A stretch of DNA of 64,000 nucleotides from the human T2T-CHM13v2.0 reference genome, Homo sapiens: NCBI RefSeq assembly GCF_009914755.1, contig NC_060941.1, one strand, 5' to 3'. A program made the position numbers and the translations under genes. Positions 1 to 17,596 of the stretch are shown piece by piece; positions within the stretch are counted from its first letter, which is position 1; each line of letters begins with the position of its first letter. Below the pieces are notes generated by a model. The model had not been told where the DNA came from. It worked only from the letters and a program-made list of their open reading frames with translations, and made no database searches.

Positions 1-202
1 TGTCTAATCTTTTTGGCTTCCCTAGGCCACACTGAAAGAATTGTCTTGGGCCACATATAAAATACCATAACGATAGCTGATGACCTAACAACAACAAAAA
101 CAACTCATAATGTTTTGAGGAAGTTTACAAATTTGTGTTGGGCTGCGTTCAAAGCTGTCCTGAGCTGCATGCAGCCCTTGGGCAACAGGTTGGACAAGCT
201 TG
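1..202 (+). mobile_element. MER30 hAT-Charlie DNA transposon fossil (left end cut by window)
   Basis: Resembles the MER30 consensus as recalled: TCTTTTGGCTTCCCT.GGCCAC...AATTTGTGTTGGGC...GGTTGGACAAGCTTG. Confidence 0.85.
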
Positions 203-263
203 CAACAGTCACTAGATCCTGAAACAGGTAGAGAATAGGTGATTTGGAGAAAAAGAAAAAAAA

Positions 264-546
264 ATTTTTTTTTTTTTTGAGGCAAGGTGTCACTCTGTTG
301 CCCAGGCTGGAGTGCAGTGGCACAATCATGGCTCACTGCAGCCTCCACCTCCAAGGCTCAACCCTCAGCCCCCTGAATAGCTGGGACTGCCAGTAGTGGG
401 TCACCACGCCTGGCTAATTTTTGAGTTTTGTAGACGGGGTTTCGCCATGTTTCCCAGGCTGGTCTCCAACTCATGGGCTCAAGCGATCTGCTTGCCTTGG
501 CCTCCTGAAGCGTTGGAACTACAGGCGTGAGACACCACACCCAGCC
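264..546 (-). mobile_element. AluJ-like SINE in CRYBA1 intron 3
   Basis: T-tract followed by diverged reverse-complement Alu body. Confidence 0.9.
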
Positions 547-831
547 AGGAAATATAATTTTAGATTGGCTTTGCTAATACACTTCACTCAGACCAGTGAA
601 GTAGATAGACCTTTTCAGTGATAACCCCCAAACAAATATTACATTCACTAACCTGCTTAGTATACCTGTCAACTCATTCCTCAACTCTTGTGACAAATTA
701 CTTTGTACAGCTCTACTGGGATTGGCTTGATATTTTACCCCACTATTGACTTATCTAAAACGAAAGATGCCTTCTCCCCAAGGCCATATAGGCTTTGAAC
801 ACCATGAACAAACACTACATGTCTTTGGCAG

Positions 832-973
832 CTGGATTGGTTATGAGCATACCAGCTTCTGTGGGCAACAGTTTATCCTGGAGAGAGGAGAATACCCTCG
901 CTGGGATGCCTGGAGTGGGAGTAATGCCTACCACATTGAGCGTCTCATGTCCTTCCGCCCCATCTGTTCAGCT
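832..973 (+). CDS. CRYBA1: Beta-crystallin A3/A1, exon 4 ([47 protein letters not shown])
   Basis: Greek-key crystallin motif; acceptor ggcag| at 831, donor |gtgagt at 974; 142 nt. Confidence 0.98.
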
Positions 974-1749
974 GTGAGTCTCTGAAATTTCCACTTCCGT
1001 GCATATGAGGGATGGGACAAGAGGGTGTGGACAGACTGACGTTCATGCTATTTATCATCAGTTATGCTGAATGTGGCAGGAAAAAAGACAAAAGTAAAAA
1101 AAGAGAAAACATCACTTTCTTCTCTAAGCCTGCTATTTGATTTTTCTCCACCAGGTGGTACTTCCCTTAAGCTAAAACTAAGGGTCTTACAAGTGGCAAT
1201 AAGTGGATACTCAAGAGCCCAGTAAACTTGTGAAACACTAGTAAATGAGTGAAAGTGCTTACCCTGCAGCAAAAAGTAAATCCTTGGCCAGTTAAATTTC
1301 AATCTGTGTAACATTTTTACTGCAGAAACAGGAAAATGCTGAAGTAACCTTTCAGTAAGTGGGAATGACTGACGAAATAGGCAAGTCTTCCAGTATCGAT
1401 CTACACTGATTGATAATAATCTTCTTGTTCTGAACACTTAAGTATTACTCAATAATGCATCAGGCTGGGATGTTTCTGGTCTTTGGAAACAGTTCAAGCA
1501 GAAAGCAGAATGACCTTAAGGGGTGTGTTGAAAATGATCCCTGTATTAGGAGTTAGGTTGGGCTAGAACCTTTCCAAATATTCAGTCTATGTGAGAGTTT
1601 CTCGTGATTTTGGTTAATAATCTCATCTTGGTTCAAAGTCTTGCCAAAATTCAACTGGTGGAGAAGTTAACCTAAATAGTTCTAATCCAAATAAATAGTT
1701 GCCTGTCTGGAAATTATTTCAATCTCACTTTTAAAAACATTTCATTTGC

Positions 1750-2260
1750 CCACCCTAAGGTATAACTGACATACAGTAAAATGCACAGACCCTAAGTGAA
1801 TATTCTCATGAGTTTTTGAAAAATATATAGATCCATGTAACCAACACCCTAACCATATAAAGAACATTCCATCATAGTTCCCTGGTGTCCCTTTCCACTC
1901 AATTGCTCCCCTACCACTTTCTATTACCAAACAGTTTTGTCCATTTTTGAAGTTCATACAGGTTAGTCTCTGTCTTTTTAATGCTTGTGTAGTATTCATG
2001 TCCCCTACTGGACATACAGGTTATATCCAACAACACACATACACACGCAAGCGCACACATACATATTTGGGCTTACTTTTTGTAATAATCTGTGAGATCT
2101 TTTTTCACATTAGTGAATATTAATCCCTTGGTTGGCTGCATTTTGTTAGTACTTTTTCTCACTGTCAAATCCTCTTCATTGTTCCAAAATAGTATATCAG
2201 TTATTTGTACATTCAAAATGTTATGGTATTTAAATTGGAATAAACAAAATTATGGGTAAC
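1750..2260 (-). mobile_element. Old L1M (L1ME/MC-like) 3' fragment
   Basis: GGTATAACTGACATACAGTAAAATGCACAGA..CTAAGTG is typical of an antisense old-L1 3' end; boundaries approximate. Confidence 0.65.
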
Positions 2261-2407
2261 TTTTTTCTCACAAATCTGTTGCCTTAATCTTTTTAAATTA
2301 TCATGTGCTTCCTTGTATAATCCAAAAGTGTTTCAATTTTGAAAAACATGAAGAATGATAGCCATAGCACTAGTACTAAACATTTTAAAACAATTTCTGA
2401 ATTACAG

Positions 2408-2550
2408 AATCATAAGGAGTCTAAGATGACCATCTTTGAGAAGGAAAACTTTATTGGACGCCAGTGGGAGATCTCTGACGACTACCCCTCCTTGCAAGCC
2501 ATGGGCTGGTTCAACAACGAAGTCGGCTCCATGAAGATACAAAGTGGGGC
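2408..2550 (+). CDS. CRYBA1: Beta-crystallin A3/A1, exon 5 ([48 protein letters not shown])
   Basis: ttacag| acceptor, |gtaagt donor, 143 nt, frame continuous with exon 4. Confidence 0.98.
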
Positions 2551-2969
2551 GTAAGTACAAAAACAGGGTTGGAATATACTTCAAAGTAACTCCTGAGGTT
2601 GCATCAATAGTTATGTTTTAATCAGATTTCATACGTATCGGTATAGATGTCACATTCTAGTTCTACATAATTTTGAATCTCAATTTCTTTATACCAACTA
2701 CCACTTTAGGTTGCAGATTTATCTCCCCCAGACATGCCTCTATGGAAGAATTTACGTTGACTACTTATACCTGTTTTGATGATTAAGGCTAATTAACTAG
2801 CTATAGCCATATTATGCTTACAAATAGTGCCTGACACATTTAGGATGGCTATTTTTTCTAAGCCTAAAAGCATCTCATACCATTGTGTTGAGTAAAGAGG
2901 CTCAGGTTTTGGGGTATTAACCAGATTCCTAATTAGTTTTAATAATGAAATGTACTTTGAATTTCCTAG

Positions 2970-3117
2970 CTGGGTTTGCTACCAATATCCTGGATATCGT
3001 GGGTATCAGTATATCTTGGAATGTGACCATCATGGAGGAGACTATAAACATTGGAGAGAGTGGGGCTCTCATGCCCAGACTTCGCAGATCCAATCGATTC
3101 GCCGAATCCAACAGTAG
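2970..3117 (+). CDS. CRYBA1: Beta-crystallin A3/A1, exon 6 coding part ([48 protein letters not shown])
   Basis: ttcctag| acceptor; TAG at 3115-3117; not in the ORF track, translated by hand. Confidence 0.98.
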
Positions 3118-3236
3118 CTGATTAAAAGCTCCAAGTACGATAATTCCTCAAGCATGAGACCTTGCTAAGCACTCTAGAATAAGTTTTATGTTCTGCTCAC
3201 AGACATTGCTTTCAAATGTTAGCTGCTGAAATCCAC

Positions 3237-3242
3237 AATAAA
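3237..3242 (+). terminator. CRYBA1: CRYBA1 polyadenylation signal AATAAA
   Basis: AATAAA 120 nt after the stop; genomic A-run at 3251-3262. Confidence 0.85.
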
Positions 3243-3320
3243 CGTCATTTAAAAAAAAAAAACTTTGTAGACTGAATTAACTACCATGCTTCACATAAAT
3301 CACACCTAAGTGGATGAGAA

Positions 3321-3918
<598 letters not shown>

Positions 3919-4621
3919 TGAGAATTTTTTAAGTCAAGCTTCCATAAAACTCCACATTCTCTTTTGTGTCCTTGCAAGTCACTCACCAGGCCAAGGACAA
4001 TTATTCCTTATCTCAAAGAACAATAAAGCATATGACCTAAATGTTATCAATCTCTATAGCGACTGACACTTTTGGTAAATGTTTTTATGTCCTTTCCTCC
4101 CGTCTCCTGCTCTTTCTAATAATGTTGAAGTTGGCATTGATTTTCCTTTCACCTTGTGACAAATCAGTACTAAAGAAACAGGAAGTTTCTCCAGTGTGTA
4201 CTGCCACATATTTCAACATAAAGTTATGAATAAATCCAGAATCTTGGCAACTTAACATTCTAGTTGCTCAACTGCTTAGCTCAATTTTGATTTATTTCAA
4301 TTGGAAGGGCATAAGGCTTAATGTCCTGCAAAAAGGCAGGATAGCTCTGGATTTTTCAATAAGCAAGCTAATTCTAAGCACTGTAAAAACCTGTATGATT
4401 AAAAAATTTTTTTAAAATCATAGGACCATAGTATACTGAAGACTTAAATTCTTCACATATTTGACCCTTTGGAAAAAAATCATTATCAATGTCACAAACT
4501 TAGTTTTCGGTTTGTTTTTCTTTTTACTTTTTATCAGCTGAATTTAAGATTAGTCAGTAAAGACTTTTTAAAAAATTAAAGCACACAAAAGATAACAAAC
4601 ACCTCAGAAACTTTAAAATTT

Positions 4622-4627
4622 TTTATT
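4622..4627 (-). terminator. NUFIP2: NUFIP2 distal polyadenylation signal
   Basis: TTTATT on + (AATAAA on -), upstream UGUA (4636-4639), downstream GU-rich element GGTGTTTGTTATCTTTTGTGTG. Confidence 0.8.
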
Positions 4628-7600
4628 CAACAATGTACACTTATTGTCTCTCAATTTGATCTACAAATTTCTCAAGTTTTTTTTCTGATAAAATAAGTAA
4701 ATCTGGGTATGGTTGTAGAGTGTTTGTAATTTATATTTTTAAAACACTGAACATGATGAAGACATCAATAAAGGAAGATCATCACGTAAATGACACTTCC
4801 TCAGAATCCATGACATCAGAAACAGCTATAGCAAATACCTAAGCATTTAGCAAAAGGGAAAATTTCTGGTGACTGTTCTTATATGTAGAAAAGACCTATA
4901 TTTTTGACTGGGCAAAACAAACATTGAAACTTTTTTTTGAGCGGGGGGAACATCCTTTAACATAACTGTACTCCACTTATTATCCATTCCCCCAGATTAA
5001 GAGGTAACTCAGCTCCTTAGTGCCTCTGCACGAGACAGAGAAATTACTTCACTCCTCCAGTAGGTTCTAAGACTGAACATAAGTGAACTACTGACAGATG
5101 CGGAAGAGGAACCATAGCCATCTAAAATGATGCTTGCTACACTCCTGCATTTCTGCCTTTTAAGGCCATGCAATTAATATGGGTCACCTTTTAAGTCTTA
5201 ACTGGATAACTTAGTTTTTAACTGCCACTATCAATGAAGATACATATAGAAGGGTTTTGCTGTGTCCTCAAAGGCAACAATATACTTGATGAAGAAGTAA
5301 CCCTCTTCTGTATATTGAAAAAGCTATAAAATGGAAATATTTATTTTTTATGTAGGAGCATGGGGAAAATGCTATCAGTAATATCTTCTACTTAAACATA
5401 TTAGCCTCTCCTACAAAGGTCCTGAACCAATTAAAAAAAAAAAAACTTTAAAAAAGATGATTTGACAAAACCTGGGTAGTAGTACATCTACACATTATAA
5501 GTACACATACACAAAGTAAAGCTATTTAGTACATACAGATTGCAGCACTTGAACCAAATGTACCCAACTCCTAAACTTGTTCTAATCAGCTTGGGCAATT
5601 TTTTAAAAGATACACGTTATCTTTAAAACAACCAGTGCTTTGATCTTACAAACAACTGAATAATTCTAATCTCAAGCCAGTCAATTCAGTAAACCAAATT
5701 TATGCTAAAGCAATAAAGGTAAAAGCCTATCCTACCTTTAAACCAGCTTTAAGACAAAAAATCGTCACCAAGTTCCATATGACAAAAAAGGGTCTTTCAG
5801 TTTGAATTACTTTCCATTTCTATTTGATCAAATAAACCAAAATATTACTAAGGAAGAGCATCCAATGATTTGTAAAGCTGATAAAACTGCCCTGTTTCAA
5901 GAAAAGCTCTTTAATAGATACAAGTCAAGCTCTCGTTTAAATTGAACTTTATTAAAATAGGTGCCAGTTTTCCTCTCTCCTAGTTCCACTGATGAGCTAG
6001 CCCAGAACTATGTAACTTTGAGCCAAGTTTCCAAAGATGGTAAAGCTAACAACAGCAAAGTAGTAAGGACAAATCGGTCACTTTTGGTAATGACACACAA
6101 ATTAAACTTTCAAAACATGTGCATAGCTTTATTCATCTACTTAGATCTAACCTTTTCACGGAGCTTCGGCAAAATTCGAGTGTGCAAAATGCATTTCTAA
6201 AACGTAATGCAAGCAAAGCTTTCACATTTACACTGGCAGGAAATACAGAGAGAAACTAACAAGTCACATTAGGGAAAATTCAGATCTTTTTTTTTTTTAA
6301 TGACAAGAATTGCACAGTTTATTATTTTGAGACAATTGTTGCAGACATAAATATTTAAAATTTTCTAAGCAAGGTGCTTTTAACAAAATTTTTAAAGTTG
6401 GAAAGAGCTGATAACTTGGATCATAGCTCACACAGAATTCCAAATTAAAGTGGACTCCATTATCTCCCTATATTTTGCAAACAATGCTTTGTATAACACT
6501 TCTTTAAAACACTAAAAGAGACAGCAAGCTGAAACTTTTTTCAAAGCACACAAGAAATGTTTACTTGAAGAAGGTGCTGAGGGGAGAAGGGAGTGAAGAA
6601 TCCTTTTACTATTTCCCACTACAGGACAGCCACTAACAGACTAAGAACAAAAAAGATACAACAAAAAAAGTAAATCACTTCCCCAGCTTATAAAATAGTT
6701 CCAGTTTCGCAAGATCTGTAACTTTAAACAGAGAGCACCAGTTGGGCAATAGAATGAGCATTTCATACTGCATAAAAATTAGTGAGGTGGTAAGAACCAT
6801 CGACTATCTCAGGCATTACTACATGGCGTTTCCAATTTTTTTTTTTTAATATACATGCAAGGCACATTGATATAAAAATAGATCTCTGGCCAACAAATAT
6901 ATTAAATAAGCAAATTAAAATTTTGGCTTTGCGATATTGGCAACATCAAAATATAACCAGATAGCTTTGGCCCACACATCTTTCTCATTCCTCCACCTCA
7001 TTTGGTGTTTCCCACCCATTATTTTGGGTTCAATCACCTTCAAGTTTGGGTATGTGCTTGAGAAATGACTTTTCTTCTTGTCAAGTAGCATTCACTAAAG
7101 TTTTCCTTTGCTAAGTAAAAAGACAAGAGAAACAGCTGGAGTTTTGATTGATTTGATTTAAACTAAATCTGATTGGTTCAGGGCAGCACTATTTCCCCTC
7201 TATATACAAACAAAAAATAAGTCCCCAGCTTACATAGACAAATGTTTTCTAAAAGATCAGCAACAAATCAATGACACCACGTCCTTTAAGCCATTCTTCC
7301 CAATTCCTCTTTCTGAGGCAGAGAGAGGGAATAATAGAAACAAAGCTAAGATTTAAACTATTTTCAGTAGTAGAAGACATTTAAGGCCAAAAAGTGTACT
7401 ATTAACAGAATTCTTATATTCCTAAGTTATTGTCCTTCATAGGACAATATCAGCTAAGAATTAGTTACTTGTATTGATTCCCTCCCAAAAAGAATTTTAT
7501 AATTCATTCACTCTTGTTAGTGGCTGTGCTACAGGAAAGGTATCAAAGCAACCTATGGTATATGTATGGTATATAGTAATGTAAAAAGTGCATCACATTC

Positions 7601-8067
7601 TTGATTTTCAGTTTCTCATAGCAGCAGGATTAATCTAAGACAGAAAACAGTTGTATTTTCATTCTTAAAATGCAACAATATCTAATGAAATGTATTCAAG
7701 ATCATGAAAGGATCCTCCTCTATGAAGGATAAATGAAAACAGATTAATAATAGACAAACAGGGTAAACTAAAGGCATTCATTCATATTTACATATTAAAA
7801 CCACTTTTGTTAACACCAAATCTTTACATCTAGCAAAAGAAATAAGCATTTTAAGAATAAAGCAGACATCACTAAAGCAGTATCCATTTTCAGAGCCTTT
7901 GATTAGCACCTGAGGAAAAAAGGGTACATGGAAAGCTATGTAATTTGCCCTCAAGTTAATTTGTTGGTCTGAAGAGTACAACAACTTTGATATGCACTGA
8001 AAGTAAAACTAAATTGGAAAATAAATGTTTGTAGTTAGTTTAATAAGGCTGTAGAAAAGAGATACTT

Positions 8068-8442
<375 letters not shown>

Positions 8443-10156
8443 TCAGCAATCCCATCACATATGAGGACGGCCATTCCATAGTTTCTAGCCCATAACTGAT
8501 TTACCATTCCCAATAATGCAAGAGCAACATACCAATCATGCTGCAATGGGTGTTTTTATTATGCAGACAACCGAAAATTCTATTCGCACTATTGCTGGCA
8601 TCCTTTAACTACTTTAAGACCTTTCTTGAGCGGCAAAACAGTGTGAAATTTAAAACTCAGTAAAGCAATGCTTTTGAGTGGAGCCAATGATTCATCACTC
8701 TCCCAGGTGGTCCTGGTTCTCACACAGGTGATGTATATTTTAAAAGAAACATTTTAAGATACCAAAACAGAAGCCCACCCTTTTCACCATGAAAGAATCT
8801 TGGTGCTCTGTTGATTAATTACATTAGTAAAAATAACATCGATATTAAGAACTAATGTTAAGCTATGTGCCTCTGGCAAACCTAAAGCAGCTATTTATGC
8901 TTCTAGTCTTTTCCTCTGCCTCTCCCTTTTAAACAAATTATCAAAATTTTGTGGCGGGTAAGGGGACAAGAGCAAATCCTACGTTTTCCTTTCAAATCCA
9001 ACAGTTAAGTCATGGGTAGGGTTATTAAGATACTGCCCTATCAGACTCTACCTTGACTGGTGTGGCATCAACCAATCTGACCATAATGACCATTATATTT
9101 GTCCCATAACATAACTGTTCTGCACAGTTAACATATTTATACAAGAGGGATCAGCTGTTGTTGAGGATGTGGCCCAGCGGCATAACTATACTAATAATAC
9201 CTGGAAATTGGACTTTTAATCTATTTCTCTGAAGAGAGCCTTGTAGGAATGACTCCGTCCTTATTTACAGTGGAATTAAAATTGAGTAAAGTCCATTTCC
9301 AATAGCCATTTGATACATGACAATTTCACACTAAATGGCTTATTTAAAAAAGTTCACAGCAATTACAAAAGATAAATCATTAGATGCCTCTGATGTGGGG
9401 AAGCAACAAGCCTAACAACCAAGTATGATATTATCACTATGTAATGTTTTTTCAAAATTTTGTATTGTGGACAACTCCCATAGTTGAGGTTTGTCATATT
9501 TTCCCTACAAACTGTTATTTGTAAAAACAATGCAGCACTTTTCCTTTATGAAGTTTCTGCAGATTGAGTAATGACTAGGTAAGCAGATGATTAAGGAGGA
9601 CAACAAAATTCTAAAATGGAGAAACTCTGGCCATTTATTTCAAAGAAAAAAAAATCTGTCATTAAATTCCTAGTTATTGGCTATCCCCTCCTAGAAAGTA
9701 GAGGAGGAAGGGCTGGCTACCACAGACGCTGTAAATACACTTTATGTGAAGGTTCATTACTAAGGAGGTTAGAAGAAAGGCTATGTAATTAACTTCAGTT
9801 CAGCAAAGTGGGGGTGAATAAAGAGAAAGATAATACACCCTGTGTATTTTGTGGGAAAAGGGGATTATTGAGGACACCTACAAGAGTGGTATGTGACACA
9901 GAAGCCTACAATAATCAAAACAGATTTAAAAAGAAATCTTCACCCATAATTAGTATCTTCATAGCTATTAAAAAAATAGGTCATAATTTCATTCTTAGTG
10001 CCATTTTTCAATACTACCCTTTTAAGGATTTAAACCACCTGACTTTTTTCTGTGTAATGAAAACAAATGGCACAAAATAAATACAAGTTCATTCTCTGAA
10101 TACTAATGTCTTATACACATTCATTTACTAATTTTTAATATCTCCATCTTTTCCTC

Positions 10157-10200
10157 ACACACACATACATACATACATAAACACACACACACACACACAC
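10157..10200. repeat. (CA)n/(CATA)n microsatellite (UG-rich on the mRNA)
   Basis: Direct inspection. Confidence 0.9.
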
Positions 10201-13142
10201 CCCTTTTTCAGTCTTTATAATGGAGGGATGTTAAAAATCCCCTCTAGACTGTATTTGGTTTATGCTACAGTACTAATACTCTGAGTTGAAGGAAAATTCT
10301 TTATACCAAACAATAACACGTTATTTAAATGTGCTAAATTAATCACAGCTGAAGTTTGTTTAGAAGCTTACACAAAATAATCAGAAAACAGATCAACTCT
10401 TAAGATTTTTTTTTAATAAGTGCTCTGTAAGGAATTGTGTGAGGACCTAAGGAGAAAGATTGCAACAAATAGAGTTAAGTGTTACCAAACAGCACAAAGA
10501 GATTTGTCCCAAAGTCCTGCTTGTACCTAGGCAATTAAGTCTATTAACCTAATGCCCCCAAAATACTGACAGTTAATATGATGGGGCACTAGGGTTCTCA
10601 GAAAGTTAACAGACATTCCTAACTACATACCTCTAACCATATAATCAAGGAAATTTCAGTGGAGAAATCAAAGTGAAATGTTGCATTGTTTCATTTAGAA
10701 GTGAGACTCTCAAAAACCTTTGGACAGACAGAGAAGTGATACATTCTTTTTGGCTTCTCTGAACACTGAGGCCTGAGGGATATGGAAGGAAATTAGAAAA
10801 GCAATAGCTTTCTAAAGATGTTTAATCAAGTGTTGCTTCTAAGTTAAAAAGCCCAATTCAGGTGGGGTCTGGGTTTGTTTTTTGTTTTTTCCTTTTCAAA
10901 TATATACTCAATTCAACCTCTGTATGTCACAAACCCAGAAAGTTTCTTGTGAGTTGTGAGACGGAAGAACTTTAAAATTCCAGGCAAGCAAAATGGACAT
11001 TTAAAAAAGGGGACTAGAGAGGGGAATCTGGCCCTAAGGCGACAAGTGGTTACACAAGGCAATTGAACACACAGCAGAACTTTAAAACCTGTAAAACAAA
11101 CTGGAGCCTTTTTTCCCTTTAATCAACCTTATATGTCTTTTTTTTTAACTTTTTGAAAATTTTTATTTAAAAAAACACAAAAACACAGACTTTTTTCACT
11201 TCAGTTATGTGGTATGTTGCATTTTCCAGTTTGTTCAATGCTTTAAAGCTCAAGGATGCCTCTGCTTTCAATTGTACATGGGCCTGAAGCATCCTAGCTT
11301 TTGGCAAGCAGGCAGGAGACTCAACAAAAATCAAAATAGGAACAAGGCAGACTAAATGCAGGGCACATCTGTAAACATATTATACATTTGAAAATTACAA
11401 TATCAGTCAAAGTGATACAGTTTACAGGTGAAATGAAACTATCTGGAACTGGCCTACCACAAGTTTCTGAACCTGGACTGATACAATAAGTTATTTTATA
11501 TATATATATATATATTATGTATAAAAAAAAGTTTTGTTTACATCAAGTGGAATTGGCAATCCATGCTTATACTTTTAAAATCTAAGCAGGGCAGAAATCC
11601 AGACTAAAAAGATAGTTACTCTACTCTATGTTGAGTCCAACAGCTTCTTTCATGAACTACTTGTTTTAAAAGCCTCAAATAATCAACAAAACAAGAAAAC
11701 CCATCCATACTACAGTCACTCAAAACTGGACATTTCTAGGGGTAGAGCCAAAGTAGTTACTTTCTCCCCAAATACCCCAGGGGATCCAGTCTACTTTTAT
11801 CAGAAGACTACAACTCTTTATATAAATGCCCTGATATTTTAACCTGTATTTGACATACATGGATATACTAATTTCTGTGTGTGTGATGTGATGCTGTGTC
11901 AGGCCAGACAACTTGTTATTATGTTACTAACATCACCCAATCTCAATTGGACCCTTAATTTCTGCACACACACACAAAAATTTATTTTAGCATGCTATAC
12001 ACAAGCTGCAGTGCAACAGGATGGCAATGTAATGATAAGACAGGGCTAATGCTCTTCTCTGCCCCAAAGAAAATTTCCAGAATTTCACATTATTTTCCTT
12101 AAAAACCCATCTTGCTCTAGTAATAAAATATATTTATTAAGATATAATTAGAAGCTAACAAGCTCAGAAGTATAGTTTGCATGAAAACACACCTTCTACA
12201 GTCAGGGTTTATTATCTTCTCACTGGCTAAAAACATGAAAAGTTTTAGTTTTCATGGACTTTTTTCTTCCCCTTTTAGATTTTGCTGAGAAATTAAAAGA
12301 TAATTTACAGAAAGGTCTAAGTTTGTCTTAAATGTTTGATGAAAAACAAGGAAAACAGCACATTTAGTGTTAGTGACGGAGAGCAAGTCTGGAGCACCTA
12401 CAGTTGAAAAGCAGAATATATTTTTGCTCCCAGTTATACAATTACATTAAAATATGGGCACAGGAATATTTTTCCAGATTGTATATCTAAGCCAATTGCT
12501 TGTTCTGCAACTTTTCTTTAAATGACACGCATAGATTCTTCAGTTGTTAAAGTCCAATATGTAACCGAAGCCAAGTTAACTATGTACCATCAACTAACTA
12601 TTCCAGAATTGTAGAACTTCAATGCCCTCCCCTATCCCCGCCCCACAAAAAATAAATGGAAAGAAATAAAGTATTTCCCCAACACCCCAGAGGCCGCTTA
12701 ACTCCTGGCAAGACATGCAAATCATATTCGCTAAAAAAATACACCCTGCTAACTTCAAGGCATTTATCCAGCATTCTCGCAGGGCTTAATTAAAGTAAAA
12801 CCAAAAAGATCAAGGGAGGAGTGGGGGGAAAATGTTGAATCATTCTGGGTTCCCCGTGATTAGTGTATCACTTCAGTCACAGAACAAGATACAGAGATCT
12901 TTTAAGTGGATTTGCCTTTCCAGTGGGTCATTTGTTGCCCAAGTTGATGACAGCAGGAACTTTAGAACCACACTTGTTAAGTCTGTATTCATTAATCACT
13001 TGCATTCACACTTAAAAACAAAAACTAACAGAAGAAAAAAAACCTATTCAGTACCGGAGATTAAATAACCATGTGTAGTCTCTTGAAATAAATTTGATTC
13101 CTTAAGAAGTCTAATTACTTTCAGTTGCCTTTTTTAAATAAC

Positions 13143-13180
13143 TATATATATATATATGTATATATATATATTTGTATATA
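13143..13180. repeat. (TA)n-like microsatellite in the proximal 3'UTR
   Basis: Direct inspection. Confidence 0.85.
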
Positions 13181-13305
13181 TTATCCTGTGATTCTACTTA
13201 TGGTTCCTCTGCTGCGTTGAAGATCTAGGAGCATAAAAGCCTTGTGTCCCCCATGAACGATGGCTCTAATGCTGCAGAAAGGTTACGAATAGGCAGTCTG
13301 GTCCT

Positions 13306-13358
13306 TCATTGATCTGGACTATCCATGGCTTCATTGTAAGTGATTATCCTTTTGGGAT
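13306..13358 (-). CDS. NUFIP2: NUFIP2 exon 4 coding part (DPKRIITYNEAMDSPDQ*)
   Basis: ttctag| acceptor at 13359-60, TGA at 13308-13306; brings the CDS to 2088 nt. Confidence 0.95.
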
Positions 13359-13916
13359 CTAGAAAGGTTAAAAAAATAAATAAAAATAAGGTCTAGAATC
13401 TCAAAATGCCCGTATTCCAATAACAATCCCAAATAACCATCATTTAAACTGACCAATTTTTTTATGAAAACAAAACTTCAAGCCCATTTCCTCCTTGTAC
13501 CAACACATGTATGATCCAGTTTCTCAACCTGGAAGTAGCTATTTGGAATTCCAATGAATTCCAAGTACAGGGTCCTCTAGCCAGTGAGGGCCTCAACTCC
13601 TGCAGATCAGAGATGGTTGAGTTCACTTAAGGGTTTTATGTACTTCTACTGATTACAAAAGCAGTGTATTTGAATACAGCAGCCAAAGAAAAAAGCTTGT
13701 CACCAATAATCCAATATTAAAAGAAACACTTGGATTTTTCTTTTGCTGTTCCCAGCAAATGAAGTCAAAATTTATTTTAACCAGTGTGGGAACTATCTAA
13801 GTAAAACCTGCCACCAAAAACTTGACGTTAAATTAATTAGCAAAACTGCCAATTCAGTCCTAATCAAGACTGACTCAACTTCCCACAGTAACACCAGCCT
13901 TTATTCTCAGCACTAA

Positions 13917-14389
<473 letters not shown>

Positions 14390-14705
14390 TTATTTTATTA
14401 TATATATTATATTATATATATACACACACATATATAATTTCTACCTTCCCTAAGAACTTTTTCAAGTATACATGCTTAAAAAAAAAAAAAAAAAGGCAAG
14501 TCAATACAACTGGTCACCCAATGGAAAATTTTAAAGGCCTGAAAATAGTATCAGAAAAACTCAAGTCCACTTCAGCTAAGAATCAATCTAGTTTAGTCCA
14601 GAGATAATATAATAATATCCTTTCTGGGACTCCTAGGGCCACCCATTGGAAATCTGCCATGAAGAACATGCTCATTCCTAAGAGTTAACGGCCATTTTAC
14701 AGTAA

Positions 14706-16117
<1,412 letters not shown>

Positions 16118-16262
16118 TGCTAGTGCCTTTTGATTGCAGTTATTAAATAACTCAAAATACAAAGTCTATTTGGTAAATTACCACCCATCTGTTAATCCCA
16201 CCCAAAAATAATGTCCAGTGGTTACTTATTAGTGACATTTTAAGTAATCTAATCATTCTTAC

Positions 16263-16295
16263 CTTGCTTCTGCAAATTCCAAATAGATTCCATTT
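16263..16295 (-). CDS. NUFIP2: NUFIP2 exon 3, 33 nt (EMESIWNLQKQ)
   Basis: Polypyrimidine tract + tgcag| acceptor, AAG|gtaag donor, phase 1-1. Confidence 0.95.
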
Positions 16296-16666
16296 CTGCA
16301 AAGAAAAAAAGAGAATTACATACTAAGTTTTGGTGAGCAAAGTCTGAAGCGATGCTTTTCATTTTAAATCTAAAAATCCTAGACTGATTACTGCCAGACT
16401 GGAGGTAGGGTTGAAAATGGCAAAATTCTATGAAGTTCAGATAAAGCATTCATATTTTCCTATAGTTTTCTTTTTTTTAAGAGACAGGGTCTTGCTCTGT
16501 TACTGCAGCCTCAAACTCCCAGGCTCAAGTTATCCTCCCACCTCAGCCTCTCAACTATAGCCGCATGCCATCACACCCAGCTAATTTTTCTTTTTTTCTT
16601 TGGTAGAGATGGAGTCTGTTGCCCAGGCTGGTCCTCCTGCCTCAGGCGTGAGCCTGGATCCTGTAA

Positions 16667-16924
<258 letters not shown>

Positions 16925-17226
16925 TAAAATGCTGGGATCACAGGCGCGAGCCACTGTGCCAGCCCGGCTGGCTCTTATAATTCTTAAGTGTCATGTAGAT
17001 TATTACCTGAAATCAAATTGCCAGAATAATTTTGTCTTCACAAATTGCAAGGACATGCAAGACACATGCTACAGATAAAATAATACTTCTCATAACAGCT
17101 CATCATTATTTAAAAAACACCAAGTATTTCTTGGTAATCCACTGACTCCTCAATGAGGTGCCCAAATTTTTTGAACAAAGCATTCATCAAATTTGACTAA
17201 TTAAAATTGATGTTTAATTAGTTTAA

Positions 17227-17596
<370 letters not shown>

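Noticed and set aside
1060-1345. Maf half-sites (TGCTGA) in CRYBA1 intron 4 as a lens enhancer
   Set aside because: Six-base motifs at chance frequency; no other support visible
4391-4424. AT-rich hairpin between the two polyA sites
   Set aside because: Low-complexity A/T arms; such palindromes are common by chance
12870-12890. Roquin CDE-like UCUGUGA in the NUFIP2 3'UTR (autoregulation idea)
   Set aside because: Flanking bases do not extend the stem required for a CDE
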